Below, piece by piece: positions 13,800 through 25,306 of a stretch of DNA of 64,000 bases. The translations under genes and the position numbers were made by a program. The notes beneath the pieces were generated by a model. It made no database searches and was not told where the DNA came from. It saw only the letters and a list, made by a program, of their open reading frames with translations. How positions within the stretch are numbered: the stretch's first letter is position 1; the number at the start of each line of letters is the position of its first letter. This DNA is from Utricularia gibba. Taxonomy: Eukaryota > Plantae > Magnoliophyta. The DNA lies in contig NEEC01000007.1 of assembly GCA_002189035.1 (NCBI GenBank), forward strand, positions 186,001 to 250,000, in the 5' to 3' direction.

Positions 13800-14322
13800 G
13801 GTGCTGGGAAGAGGTATTGTATTTCGCTTCTTGGAGTTGCTGTTGTTGCACTTTTGTTTTTCACCTTCGTGTTCAACGAACTGCATCTGAGTTTTCTCGC
13901 TTGACTGATGGATGTGTTCAGTTTATTAAAGTAAACGATTCGCAGAATATAGAAATAACAGTTATTTGAATAAAGAAAATTAAGAGAACTGTATTGCTCC
14001 CACGATTTCAGCGGAGGCGCATGGCCACGCTCATTGAAGCTCCGATTAAAGCGGAGCCACCGTCATTTGAGGGGATGAAGCGCCGTCGTGTCCATTCTCC
14101 CCCTCCATTTACGATGCCGTGATCTCTCATGCAGCCGTGAGACACGCCGCCGCGGATGGTGGAAATGCTAGAGGAGGAGCCCAAAGCTACCCGTTCCCGT
14201 AGCACGCCCCCTCAGTTGATCATCCTAATTATGCCATTTTCGCCAATCTTCATATTCACGCATCAATCGTCGTACCGTGCGCAGCGACGGCCGCTGCCCT
14301 GCAGCGGCTGCCGTCGCAGGAA

Positions 14323-15309
14323 ATGAGAAGCTCCGCCGCAGCATTTCCTGTTTCTCCATCCCCGTCTCCTGTTCCGGATTTGTCCTACAAGAACGATTTC
14401 GCCGCCCTCGGCACCTCCTCCGTAGATTGGATCCCGGTTCCGAACAATTTGTTCGAATTGGCGACGGTTATCCTCTCGTCTGGCCTCCTGTTGGTCTCCC
14501 TTGCTGCGTTCGCCTTCGTTCTTGTTCTTCAATTGAAATCTCGAAGTCTTCATCGTTTGCAGAAGTTCAATTCACTCTGGGTCCTGCGATTGTTGCTTAT
14601 CTTGTTTGCGTCGCTTTGGGGGATCAACGGAATCCTGCGGCAGCCATTTTTGCGAGCGAGGCAGGGGAAGCATTTGTCGCTCTCCGACTTGTTGTCGCAG
14701 CAGGAAAGTGTCTGTAGAATTCAACTGGTTCTTGATTTGGGGATTTTCGAACCTGGGTTCTTGATCTCCCTTCTCTTCTTAGTCAATTCCTCGGTCGATA
14801 AAGACAATTGGAGCGAAATCCAATCTCTGGTTTCCGTCTCCTTAATCTGCATTCCGATTCTTCTAATTCAGATACTTGTCATATTCTTCCCTCCATTCGA
14901 AGCCCAGCTACCCAAATTCATCCACGGAAGCTCCATAGTCTCAACCGACGTTCTCGGGAAAAAAGCCGTTCTCTGCACATACCCGTTCTTCAGTTGGGCA
15001 ATCTTCGCCGCATTCTCCGCCACCTACGCCGTTGCGTTCATGTTTTCTTGCTGGAGAGTAACGGAGTTGGTTATCAACAAAGGGGTCCGGCGCCGGATCC
15101 ACGGTCTCGCCACCGCCGTGGTTGCCGCCCTCTCCGTTCAGATATCTTCCGTGGCTGCGACTTGGGCGTTGGCGCCCGAGGAAGCTATTTACGCGTGGGT
15201 GATGCTCACCGCCTTCTTCTTCGTCGCCATGTCCATGTTCGCTGGCGAGGCTCTTCTGGTGATCAAGCCGATCGCAGACGCCCTTGAGGTCGGCGGCGAC
15301 GGTATATAA
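14323..15309 (+). CDS. Seven-transmembrane protein, Cand1 (AT1G57680)-like family, intronless
   Basis: 328-aa ORF with 7 hydrophobic segments. Motifs FNSLWVLRLLLILFASLWGINGILR, QESVCRIQLVLDLGIFEPGFLISLLFLV and KPIADAL resemble Cand1 (recalled). The true start may be further upstream (see finding at 14231). Confidence 0.8.
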   Translation: MRSSAAAFPVSPSPSPVPDLSYKNDFAALGTSSVDWIPVPNNLFELATVILSSGLLLVSLAAFAFVLVLQLKSRSLHRLQKFNSLWVLRLLLILFASLWGINGILRQPFLRARQGKHLSLSDLLSQQESVCRIQLVLDLGIFEPGFLISLLFLVNSSVDKDNWSEIQSLVSVSLICIPILLIQILVIFFPPFEAQLPKFIHGSSIVSTDVLGKKAVLCTYPFFSWAIFAAFSATYAVAFMFSCWRVTELVINKGVRRRIHGLATAVVAALSVQISSVAATWALAPEEAIYAWVMLTAFFFVAMSMFAGEALLVIKPIADALEVGGDGI

Positions 15310-15962
15310 CTACGGGGATATAATTGTCATTTCAGGGGGCAAGTGAGAAATTAATTACGCTCATGGAAGCTATTAATTTGGTCTATTACGAAATTCGTGC
15401 TGTGTCAATAGGAGGAGGGAGATTTTATATTTAATAGGATTTTGATTATTAATAATTAAATAAAATCTCATTTATAAGTTTAAAATAAAAATGATGTCTG
15501 GTAAATTGATTTTCTTCATTAAGATAATATTTTTAATTGATTAGTAATTTGTAACTTCCCATACCAACCCGCTGACGCTCATGAACTGCGTAGAAGGAAT
15601 TTGGACTGGATTTCGATTGGTTCATATTCATGTGTGTTTCAGACGATTGTCCGAATGCGGCGCGCATATGGAACGGGGAGTTGGCACCGTTGCTTCACGG
15701 GGATGCGTACAGGGCTCCATAACCAACCCAACGAGTCCGGACATGGTGCTCGTGTTAATGATTTCGATTGGATAAGCGAGCCCTACATGTCCGATCACCA
15801 ACTCGACTCGTTGGTTACATGTCTTATATAAACCAAGATTTTTGTTCGCCCCTGCCTTGTCCTAATATAATACCCCCTGCAGCGCTGCTCTGCGCGTGAT
15901 TCTGGCTGGCAACCCCGTCGTCGTGGGCCTCTTGCTAGTTGAGTCCTCTGGGATTTCCGGTG

Positions 15963-16268
15963 ATGTCGAGCTCGACGCAGCGGCAGGGGGGGCGGACGCC
16001 GAAGGGATGCGTGGCGGTGACGGTGGGGCTGGGAGGGGAGGCGAGGGAGAGGTTCGTGATTCCGGTGGAGTACGTGAACCACCCGCTGTTCTCGCATCTG
16101 CTCAGGGAGGCGGAGGAGGAGTACGGGTTCTCCCAGGAGGGGGCGATCAACATCCCCTGCCTTGTGGACGAGTTCCGCCACGTCAGTGCCTTGATTCATC
16201 GGGAAACGGCGTCGCTTCACCCTCATCATCATCATCACTTCCTTTGCTTCAGAGGCCCGTCGAAATAA
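15963..16268 (+). CDS. SAUR: SAUR auxin-responsive protein (SAUR30/32-like)
   Basis: PKGCVAVTVG...RFVIPVEYVNHPLFSHLLREAEEEYGF...GAINIPC with a His-rich tail. First ATG is 15963, with TATA-like elements at about 15825 and 15865. Confidence 0.93.
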   Translation: MSSSTQRQGGRTPKGCVAVTVGLGGEARERFVIPVEYVNHPLFSHLLREAEEEYGFSQEGAINIPCLVDEFRHVSALIHRETASLHPHHHHHFLCFRGPSK

Positions 16269-16609
16269 TTGGACGGGCCTCCCCCTCCCCCTCCCACGCT
16301 GTTCATTTGAAATTTATTTAGGAAAAATTAAAAAAAGACAAATGGGCGAAAGGGACCCCACACCAACCATCCTTTTCGCAGCATGACAACGCAGCAGCCA
16401 ACCCCCCCAAAATTCATAATTCGACAAGCTCCATTTCCCCCTGCGTTTCTTGCTCCCTCGCGCTGCAAGTGGAATATTCCACGCACTCTGCTGCGGGGGG
16501 AGCTTTAATCGTTTTCCAGTTTTGGTTCTTGCATTTGATTTTGCTGTTTCATGATCGGGAATCGTGTGAGAAGTTAGGGTTTTCTTTTTTTCCGAGAAGA
16601 GGTATTTTT

Positions 16610-19600
16610 ATGGAGGACGCCCCGGGCGCTTCCGCCGTAGCGCGGAATGGAGGTAGGCATTTTCCTCGGGGTTCGTCTAGTTCGTCGTCTTCCTCTTCTC
16701 AGTCTTCTCGCAAGGAGTGGCGCGCCGTTAGTGATCCGACTATTGGGAACTCCAATGGCGAGGTGAACTTTTTTTTTCTATGCTCTGGGTTCACACACAT
16801 TTCGCTTACTCTTATGTTTATGCATGCACAAAATAGGGCGAGGAGCGTTCAAAAATGGGTCAGACAGATGAGAGACTGACGTACGAGGTATTGGCTGCTC
16901 TTTTTGGAAGTGATGGTAGAAGAAATTCCGCCCTTGTTTTGTTTTCCCCTGCCCGTTTATATTTCACATTTGATGTTCGTGCATGCGAAATAACTATGTG
17001 CGTTATGTGTTGGTGCAGCGTGGAAGAGGGCCATTGGATGTAGATGTTCCTTCGATGGCTATTGATGATGTTTCGGACAATGGTGTGCTACAGCAGAAAC
17101 TGCACACTGTTTCAAAAGAAAGAGAGGAGCTGCAGCGCGTGGAGATTCAGCTCGGAGCACAAGTTTTAGTGAGATCCGAACTTGCTGCGTTTCAAAAAGC
17201 TATTGATTCTCAATCAAAAGAGCACGCGAATGCTACTAAGAAACTCCAGGTTGGCCTTTTATAATTTTTTGCGATTATTAGAAGTGTCCTCTGACGACCT
17301 TGTTTCCCTTCTGCTACATTCCTTGCTAAATTTTGCATTTTTTTCAGGAGCAATTTCATGAGAAGGAAATAAGGATACGTGAACTTGAGAAGTTGCTGGA
17401 AGAAAAGGAAAGAGAATTGCATGCTATAAGAATGGATAATGAAGCGGTTTATTCAAGAACTAATATTTTTTTCTGAAGATTCCTTGTGCTGTTCTGTTGT
17501 ATTATGTTGCTGATTTATCATTTTACTCCACCTTTAGCATGCATGGGCCAAGGATGATCTTCTCAGAGAACAAAGCCAAGAGCTTGAGAGTTACAGGTAT
17601 ACTTATGTGGCTGTACGCTTTTCATCTGGATGGTTTGAATTATAATTTGGCGTTTTGCATTTATGAATGATCTCTTTTTCACTGGTTTTTTACTAGCCTG
17701 CTTTGTTTTTCTATCATACCAGTTTTATATTTTCGTCCGCACCCCTTGTCATTGACCCTTTTTAGCGTTGATATATGTTTACTTGGTCTTTTTGAAGCAT
17801 GCTATATTGAACACTGTTTCCCTTTTTTAGGATGGAGAGAGATAACTCTGAAGCTGAAAGGTTGCAACACATTAAACAAATCCATGATCTGCAGGAGCAT
17901 ATACAAGAAAAAGAACGCCAGTTCATGGAGTTGAAAGAGCAGGTTTGTTTTCTGTATATTATTATCTGTTGTTTCATATTTTTGTTTTGGAAATTAGTGG
18001 GATCTCTAACATTTCTAGTAAATTTTCTTTTATAGTAGACACCTTTCTGTAAAAGTAGCCTTGGTTGAACTTAGAAACCTGAGAATTCAAGTTTATTGCA
18101 GCATAGGGTAGCTCAAGAAGCTATCATCTATAAAGATGACCAGATAGCAGATGCACAAAATTGGTTAACTCGTGCTCAAGAGATGGAATCCCTGCAATCA
18201 GCAGCTAACCAAACCCTGCAAGGTGAACTCCACGAGCGAAAAGAACAGTATAATCAGCTGTGGCTTACTTTTCAAAGACAGGTTTACATGTTTTCAAATA
18301 TTTTGGATTCATAACTTAGTTTTTTTAATACCCTTTTATTGTCGCATGGACTTATTTTATGTTTTCTTAGTTTGGTGACATGGAAAGACTTCATTTACAC
18401 ATACAACAGCTTCAGCACGAACTGGCTGATGCTAGAGAAAAAAATGGTAGTCATGCAGGATTGCATTCCACAAGCACGAATTCAAGTGATGTCTCTCGAG
18501 TTGGAAATCCCAGTAGTAACCACCTGGAGATTAATGACAGCAATTCATCTATTTCACCTAATGGAAGCATGCTGAACAGCGTTTCTGAAGGCTCTGTGGT
18601 GAATATCTCTCAGGTAATAGGGTAAAATCTATGCCATTGGTTTTGCTGTAACTTTCTCTTTAATGAGCAATGTGGCGAGGTTGGAGCTGTTTTATAATCT
18701 TTAAATTTTTTTTGGGTATTTCTATAGTTAATATTTAATATCTATTTACCAGACAGAGGGTGCTCATGGACTTCCTTATGCTTCATCCCTCTATGGAATG
18801 CCCGCCTACCTTCCATCTGCACTGCATCCATTTCTAATGCATCAACAAGGCTCAACTCATCCACCTCGCATAACACAAGCTCATTTTGTACGTGGAATTT
18901 CGTCTGCTCAAAACTGGGCCACCCAGCAGGTAAACTTATTATGATATGTTCACATCATTTTTACTCAACTCTCTTTTTATCGCATGAATATTTTCTTTAC
19001 TATATGTAAGGCTCCTCTGGATGGAGAAAACACTACGTTGCCAAGTCAATCTGTTATTAAGGCTGAGGAACATACATTGAAAGATGATTCCAATTATGGC
19101 CAAGTGGAACCAATAAATTGTCAAGAGAGCAATGGAAATATGCTGAATAATGAGGTTGGCGAAGGATTCGAGTTGGATCCGGTGATCTCATCACCAGGCG
19201 TAAACGGGCAGGTTGGTTGGTTAAAGATATAAATCATATTTATTTTTCTATGCTTCATGTCCTGTCTTCAGCCCTTTCTAACCTTACATACCTATCTAGG
19301 TGCTTGATTTTGAGGATTTCAGCAATGGTTCTGCCAGCACGGTTCATAACTCTGAGGAATTGGTTCATAATGCTCTTAGTCTGGATGCTCTTGCTGTTGG
19401 CAATGATAAGAAAGGCACCGCCGCAGAACAACCAAATGCTTCTAATCAAGAAGTGCCCTGTGAACTGCCGAATCATGCGGAAAATAATAGTGAAGTTTCC
19501 CCAAATTTTTCCACTGATGCAAGTTTGTTACGTTCATATGTTTCTGCCGGGCAGAAAATCAGCACCATAGGCACATCCATGGAAAGCTACCTAATGGATG

Positions 19601-20380
19601 AAAGAACACTATTGGCCTGTATAGCACGCTCAATTGGATCTGGTGGCAGGATAAGGATTAGTTCAACTGTGAGATGATTTTTTATTCATATTCTACAAGA
19701 ATATCATTTACATGACTATGGTGCTTCATTTTGGCAGCTTCCAAATAGACTCGGAAAAATGCTTGCTCCATTACACTGGCATGATTATAAAAGAAAGTAT
19801 GGGAAACTTGATGATTTTGTGGCCACCCATTCTGAAGTAAGTTTTCAATTCGCGTTTCACTACAGTTCTGAAGTACATCAATAATCTTCCTCTTACCGAT
19901 TTTGCTGCTTATGGTAGTTATTTTTGATTGAGGGGGACAACATTCAGCTTCGAGAAGGTGCACAAAAAACCATAGCTGCTATGGCTGTTGCAGCTAAAAT
20001 AGCGGCTGCTGCTGCTGCACCCCCACCTTCACAAGCATCATTGTTTCCATCTGTAGCTTTGACGCCCATGGCACACTCCCAAAGATTGAAAAAGGCCTCT
20101 TCTCTCGACGCCTCATCTGTAAGCCCACAGATAATGTGTGTGAGCTATATATTTCATGTCTGTTGATTTCCACGGTTTTGCTGAATTCTCAATGCAGAAT
20201 GGTGGTCGCCACATATCAAAGGATAGAGTTAATAACGGCGAAGAGCCAGGCTGGTCTGTATTACTTGCAGCGGGTGCCGTAGACCGAATCAACATCCCAC
20301 AAGGCAGCACAGTTTCCCCGGTCACATCTACCCCGGTTGCAGCGAGGAAACAAAGTGGCACCAGGTACGCGAAGTCTTGA
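16610..20380 (+). CDS. AT5G53620-like uncharacterised coiled-coil protein with a C-terminal winged-helix-like domain
   Basis: About 13 exons join in frame. The product has SRKEWRAVS, a long coiled coil (AWAKDDLLREQ...HIKQIHDLQEHIQEKERQF), a P/H/Q-rich middle and LPNRLGKMLAPLHWHDYKRKYGKLDDFVATHSELFLIEGDNIQLREGAQ. The last exon and stop are uncertain. Confidence 0.85.
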
Positions 20381-20442
20381 GGTAACCACAGGATAAAGGA
20401 GTTTAACGATTGATTCTTTCTAGAGGATTTTCATAACATCAA

Positions 20443-20523
20443 GTTGAGATGGCCGAGTTGGTCTAAGGCGCCAGATTAAGGTTCTGGTCCGAAAGGGCGT
20501 GGGTTCGAATCCCACTCTCAACA
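20443..20523 (+). tRNA. trnL-AAG: tRNA-Leu (anticodon AAG)
   Basis: Acceptor stem GTTGAGA/TCTCAAC+A, D-loop with GG, anticodon arm CCAGA-TTAAGGT-TCTGG, long variable arm and T-loop GGTTCGAATCC. A CAA triplet sits directly upstream. Confidence 0.97.
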
Positions 20524-20532
20524 TATTCACTC

Positions 20533-20537
20533 TTTTT
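20533..20537 (+). terminator. Pol III oligo-T terminator of tRNA-Leu
   Basis: TTTTT 10 nt after the tRNA 3' end. Confidence 0.75.
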
Positions 20538-20809
20538 GTCCAGTGTCATTTTGCTCAAAGTAGCTGGGAATTGTTTATTCACTCGCTCATCTAAAATTTG
20601 AATGTGTTCCCAAGTCAATCAAGCGACGGGTTTCGCACAAGCAACACCACGGCAGAGGCTTCATCTCTTGTGTGAGGAATCCTCATCATTTTGAAATCTT
20701 TTTTATCTCCCACACACCAAAATATGTGATGGATGCTGCGCATAAACAGAAGATGCAGTCAGCCAGCAATCCGCTTCCTACGTCGGCACCCGTATCCAAG
20801 ATGACCATC

Positions 20810-21484
20810 CACGTGTCATGATCTCGATAGGGCGAACCCTTCGAAATATCTCTCCGTGGGGACCACTTCACGCAGTTGCGGAAATATCTTGGGGTGGCAT
20901 GTCTTCGTTATTCGTACGAGATTCGGACGGAGTTGATGAATATCTATCTAGCTATCCACCTATCTCCTCTCCCCCGGTGTCGGAAAATATATAATAATTA
21001 CAATATTACAAAAAAGCAAGAGGAAAAGGAGAAAAAAGGAGCGGTTGCCGCCATTCTCCACTTATTGGCTTGGGACGTGGGCGTCGGGAGGCCATCCCTG
21101 GCCGCTCGTCATCACTCCAGATATTTACTTTCCTTGAAACCAGTATTTGCATTTAGGCCCCCCAATTTCCCCTTTTCCCCCCCCCCCCCCCCCCAAGCCC
21201 CAGGTTTCGAATCTCAACCGGACCATTTTTAATCTTAATGGGTGCAAATTGCGGGGTAGCAGCATCATTGTCAAAGTGTAGGGAGCAGTGTGCAATTTCC
21301 GTTTCTTTAGGGGTTGCTATGGAAGAGTTGAAGTTTGTAGGGCGGTCCTCATAAACAACAGCTAAGTCCAAGAATGCAAACCAATCTGAGCCATTAGATC
21401 TTGTGGCGGTTAAAAGATCAGCCGTAAATCGCCATGGGGGGATCAGTCGTCGTTACAAAAATGGAGTCTGTGCGCAGATATTTT
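20810..21484 (+). promoter_or_regulatory. Circadian promoter of the PRR gene: evening elements, G-box and LUX-type sites
   Basis: CACGTG 20810; AAATATCT 20844 and 20882; AGATATTT 21119; full evening element (reverse) AGATATTTT 21476-21484; GATTCG 20920; CGAATC 21208. Confidence 0.75.
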
Positions 21485-21636
21485 GGGCTGAAAGTAGACG
21501 CTTTTCAAACGGATAGGAAAGAGAACAAGGGGAGGAGTTTTGTCTTGCGGAGCGAGCGAAATTCCTGATACCCTCCAACTGCTGCGATTCCTGCACCATA
21601 TGCTTTTTTCTTCAAAGGCAGCAAGGATTTTCAGGG

Positions 21637-24110
21637 ATGGGAGAAGCTGTGATCAGCGGCAGAAGTGGGATGGAGCAATTGGAGAACAGGCACAACGAGG
21701 GTAAGGCGGCGACGGAAGCCCCCGGCGGGGAGGCCGCCAGTTCTCCGTCTATTGTGATGTGGGAGAGGTTTCTTCCGAAAATAATGCTCAGGGTTCTGTT
21801 GGTGGAAGCGGATGATTCCACGAGGCAGATTATAGCCGCGCTTCTCAGGAAATGCAGTTACAGAGGTTGGTTACCTTTTGCTTTCATGTTTCGAGGGAAA
21901 AAAACGGTGGCTCTATTTTAGGGCTCTATTTTATCGATTCTTGTGAAATATTGGGAGTCCGGTTGATCCTTGTGTCTCTTAGTTTGCTATCTTCAATTAG
22001 TGCTCTGGCTCTAAATCTATCTTGCAATTTCTCATTGTACCAGTTGCTGCGGTTGCCGATGGTTTGAAAGCATGGGAGGTACTGAGAGCAAGACCATGTT
22101 CCATAGATCTGATTTTGACAGAAGTTGATTTACCATTGATATCTGGGTATGCGCTGCTCACTTTGATTACGGAGAACGAAGCCTGCAAGAACATTCCAGT
22201 GATAAGTATGATGAAACCCTACTTACGTCATACAATGAAAGAGTGCTTCAGTTACATACAGCTTCTCAAGGTGTGGATTTGTTTTCGAAAATATTGCAGT
22301 GATGTCGTGTCATGACTCGGTGAGTACCGTGTATAAGTGTATGCTGAGAGGCGCTACCGACTTCCTCGTGAAGCCAGTCCGGAAAAATGAGCTGAGGAAC
22401 TTGTGGCAACACGTCTGGAGGAAGCAGGCTGTATGTGTTCCTTGCTGTGATGAAGCCTGTATATTGCAATGACTGTTCTTTGCCTAAGAGCTTTTGTTTT
22501 CTGTGATCATCTCAGTCAAGCAATGCTGCCGGCCTCGGTCTTCCGGAAGAGAGTATTGGTCAGAAGAAGGATGAAGCCACGGCTGAAAACAATGCTGCTA
22601 GCGACAACAATTCTAGTCCTTGTGTGGCTTGTGTTCGTCGATCTAGAGAAGAGCGTATCGAGAAAGGCAGTGACACTCAGGTACTCATATGTCACTGTTA
22701 CTTCTTTTAAGATAAGATGGATAAAGGTTCCGTCTGTCTCATGCATGATCTCCTTTTCATTGCAGAGCTCGTGCACGAAACTCGAGTCTAGGAACGATGG
22801 AGATGAAGATGCGGAAACTCTCCATGGTCATTCGCAGCCAGAAAGCAGTAAACGTATCTGTGATGGAAATACTACAGAAATCGGGATCCCGGGAAAGAAT
22901 TCTCATGAAGACAAAGTAGGAGAAGCCATCGACTTGATTGGAGCCTTCGATAATAATCCAAATGCTGCTACTGGAGCTGGTGCTTCAAGCATCAGTTCCA
23001 AGGATGCTGCTGTACCTCACTTGAATCTCTCTGTTCAAAGATCTGGACCAGATGGCTCTATGAATAATGCGGAATGGCGTCAGCTGAATCACTCACAGGC
23101 ATCACCCTTTTCAAGGTAAGATGAACGGTAGTGATTCAACTTCAGCACTGTAACCGTGATTTCGATTTACTCAGTCGAGTCTGTAAATTCTCATACGCTC
23201 TAGGCTTACTTTCTTTCAGGTACATAAACAAGCCAGTAAAAATGGCAAGCTCATCCTCTATGTATAGACAACGGAAAGATCATGAAATCGTTGCAGAGAA
23301 CATAGCCTCTAGTCACCACGTCAGATCTGATGCAAAGATGCACACTTCTACAGTGCAGTCACAAAAGCATGTTTCAGGGACCATGGTCCAAACAGGACTG
23401 GCAGAAACTACATACCCATGTTCCCCAGATAGAGGAATATCTCACCCGATCCCGGTTAGAGGTGTTAGATATGAGAATGGTGGTCATGCTTACGACTCTC
23501 TAGTGCGTCCTGCTCTTTGTGTGCAAGCCGAAAATGGCTCATACCCAGTGCCATCAGAGTGCCAGGCCTCATGCTCTGTGCAGGTTCATGGTCATTTGGA
23601 ACGAGGAAACAGCAGCTCCGTTGATCATACGGACAAGAAATCAGACAAACAGGGGACCGAGATTCCTGTTTCAGTTGGGAATAATAATCACAGCAGCAAG
23701 GCGAATTTCTGCAATGGCAACATGAGTCATCATCATCAGAATGCAAGCTCTGCAAACAATGGAAATGTGAACTCTGCTTCTGCTGTGTTGGCCCCCTCAG
23801 ACTGTGGTAATGACGAGAGCTACCATGGTCATGACGGAGCCCTGCAACGCTCCTCACAAAGAGAAGCTGCTCTAATGAAGTTCAGGTTGAAACGAAAAGA
23901 ACGATGTTTTGAGAAAAAGGTACCTTCTTTGTACAATCTAGACACAAAACACATGTTCTTTTTTCGTAAATACACCAATATGATACGGTATGTTTCCCAC
24001 AGGTTCGATACGAAAGCCGAAAGAAGCTAGCTGAGCAGCGCCCCCGGGTGAAAGGACAATTTGTTCGCCAAGCGCCGAGTGATCCGCTACCTGGGAACTC
24101 AGCTTCATAG
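21637..24110 (+). CDS. PRR5: Pseudo-response regulator, PRR5/PRR9 clade
   Basis: Pseudo-receiver domain [25 protein letters not shown]...[10 protein letters not shown]...[18 protein letters not shown] and CCT domain [44 protein letters not shown]. The neighbouring Nudix-like gene matches my recollection of Arabidopsis PRR5 synteny. Confidence 0.9.
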
Positions 24111-24415
24111 CAAGGATGACCTAATTTTGGTGAACATAGTTAGCTTTACGCGTTATGTTTTATCTGCCCTTGACTCAGCTGAAGGTCAAGCAAATGTATC
24201 TAATACTATGTGTGTTGTAAGTGCAGCAGAAGTTAAAACTGAAATGAACCTTCTAAGACGCATCTGAGATTAGAGCAAGGGACAGATGCAGATACCTAAA
24301 CAACATCGATGTATAAGCCAAAACATGCAAGGATTTATGTATATGGAAGGAGAGTTTTTCAATTCCATCCTCAAAAAATACTCTGCAAATCGCCAAAAAT
24401 CAGTTCTTGAGATGA

Positions 24416-25306
24416 TTACAGTGAATCGTAATCAACCCATCTCCAGTAATGCTTTTTACAGGAAACAGCAAAATCTGTGCAACTCTTCTCATCCAAGCCT
24501 CCATATTCCGAAGCTTCCTCAGTGCAGAAATCACAATCAGGCAAGCCTTCTATCTCTGTATCAACTGTGTGTAGAACATAGCAAACAGGTAAACCAGGGT
24601 ATGATGCTGAAAATCTCTCCTCCACCTTTCTCACATAGGATCCTGGGATGATTTTCACGTTGCCATGAATCCCGGAACCGCAATTTTGATTGGGAATCCC
24701 AATTTCGAGAACAGATCCGAGCTCCTCTCTCAAAGCTCGATATACGGCTGCCTCGATGGATTCGCCAGGCTTCATTTTCTCCGACAATGGGCGATGCCGA
24801 TCTCTGATGACGCCGTTGGAGAGCTCCTGATGAGATTCTATCAAGATTTTTCTGTTGTCGCTTCGGATGACCCTGACGATTACAACTTCGACGGTGCGAA
24901 CCGGAGGACTGGAATCGGCTAAAAACGTCTCTCCCTCGGCGATTTCGAGCCACAGATTGTGAACGTTTTTTGTCCCTGGTTTGACTCCCCACGCGCCGAA
25001 GAGTTCGGCTGGCATCCGTGGCCTCAGCCAATCGGAGAGCGACTGCGGAGTGGCGAAAACAGGGGCGAGACGCTGTGAGTGTCTGGATTCAGTAGTTCTG
25101 GACGAAAATTTGGGATATTTTCGAGTGCTCAAGGGGGAAGATAATTTGATATTGGCTACAGGGAAGGAAAGGGATGCCGGTTTGGGAGAAGCGGAGAACA
25201 GGACAAAGAGAGAGAGCGCAGTGAAGACAGCATCGGGAAGAGATGCCGGTTTCTTGAGGAGGTGCGCGTTGGACGGAGATGGAGGCGAGGGCGGTGCGGC
25301 AGACAT
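24416..25306 (-). CDS. Uncharacterised Nudix-fold-like protein (AT5G24460-like), intronless
   Basis: 296-aa ORF with WGVKPGTKNVHNLWLEIAEGET and a degenerate Nudix box, SEKMKPGESIEAAVYRALREELG. Confidence 0.8.
   Translation of the reverse strand: MSAAPPSPPSPSNAHLLKKPASLPDAVFTALSLFVLFSASPKPASLSFPVANIKLSSPLSTRKYPKFSSRTTESRHSQRLAPVFATPQSLSDWLRPRMPAELFGAWGVKPGTKNVHNLWLEIAEGETFLADSSPPVRTVEVVIVRVIRSDNRKILIESHQELSNGVIRDRHRPLSEKMKPGESIEAAVYRALREELGSVLEIGIPNQNCGSGIHGNVKIIPGSYVRKVEERFSASYPGLPVCYVLHTVDTEIEGLPDCDFCTEEASEYGGLDEKSCTDFAVSCKKHYWRWVDYDSL

Noticed and set aside
15601-15831. 76-aa ORF upstream of SAUR, considered as a conserved-peptide uORF (one is known for Arabidopsis SAUR30)
   Set aside because: It ends at the TATA-like box, so it is probably untranscribed promoter. 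The leader between the TATA and ATG 15963 has no ATG.
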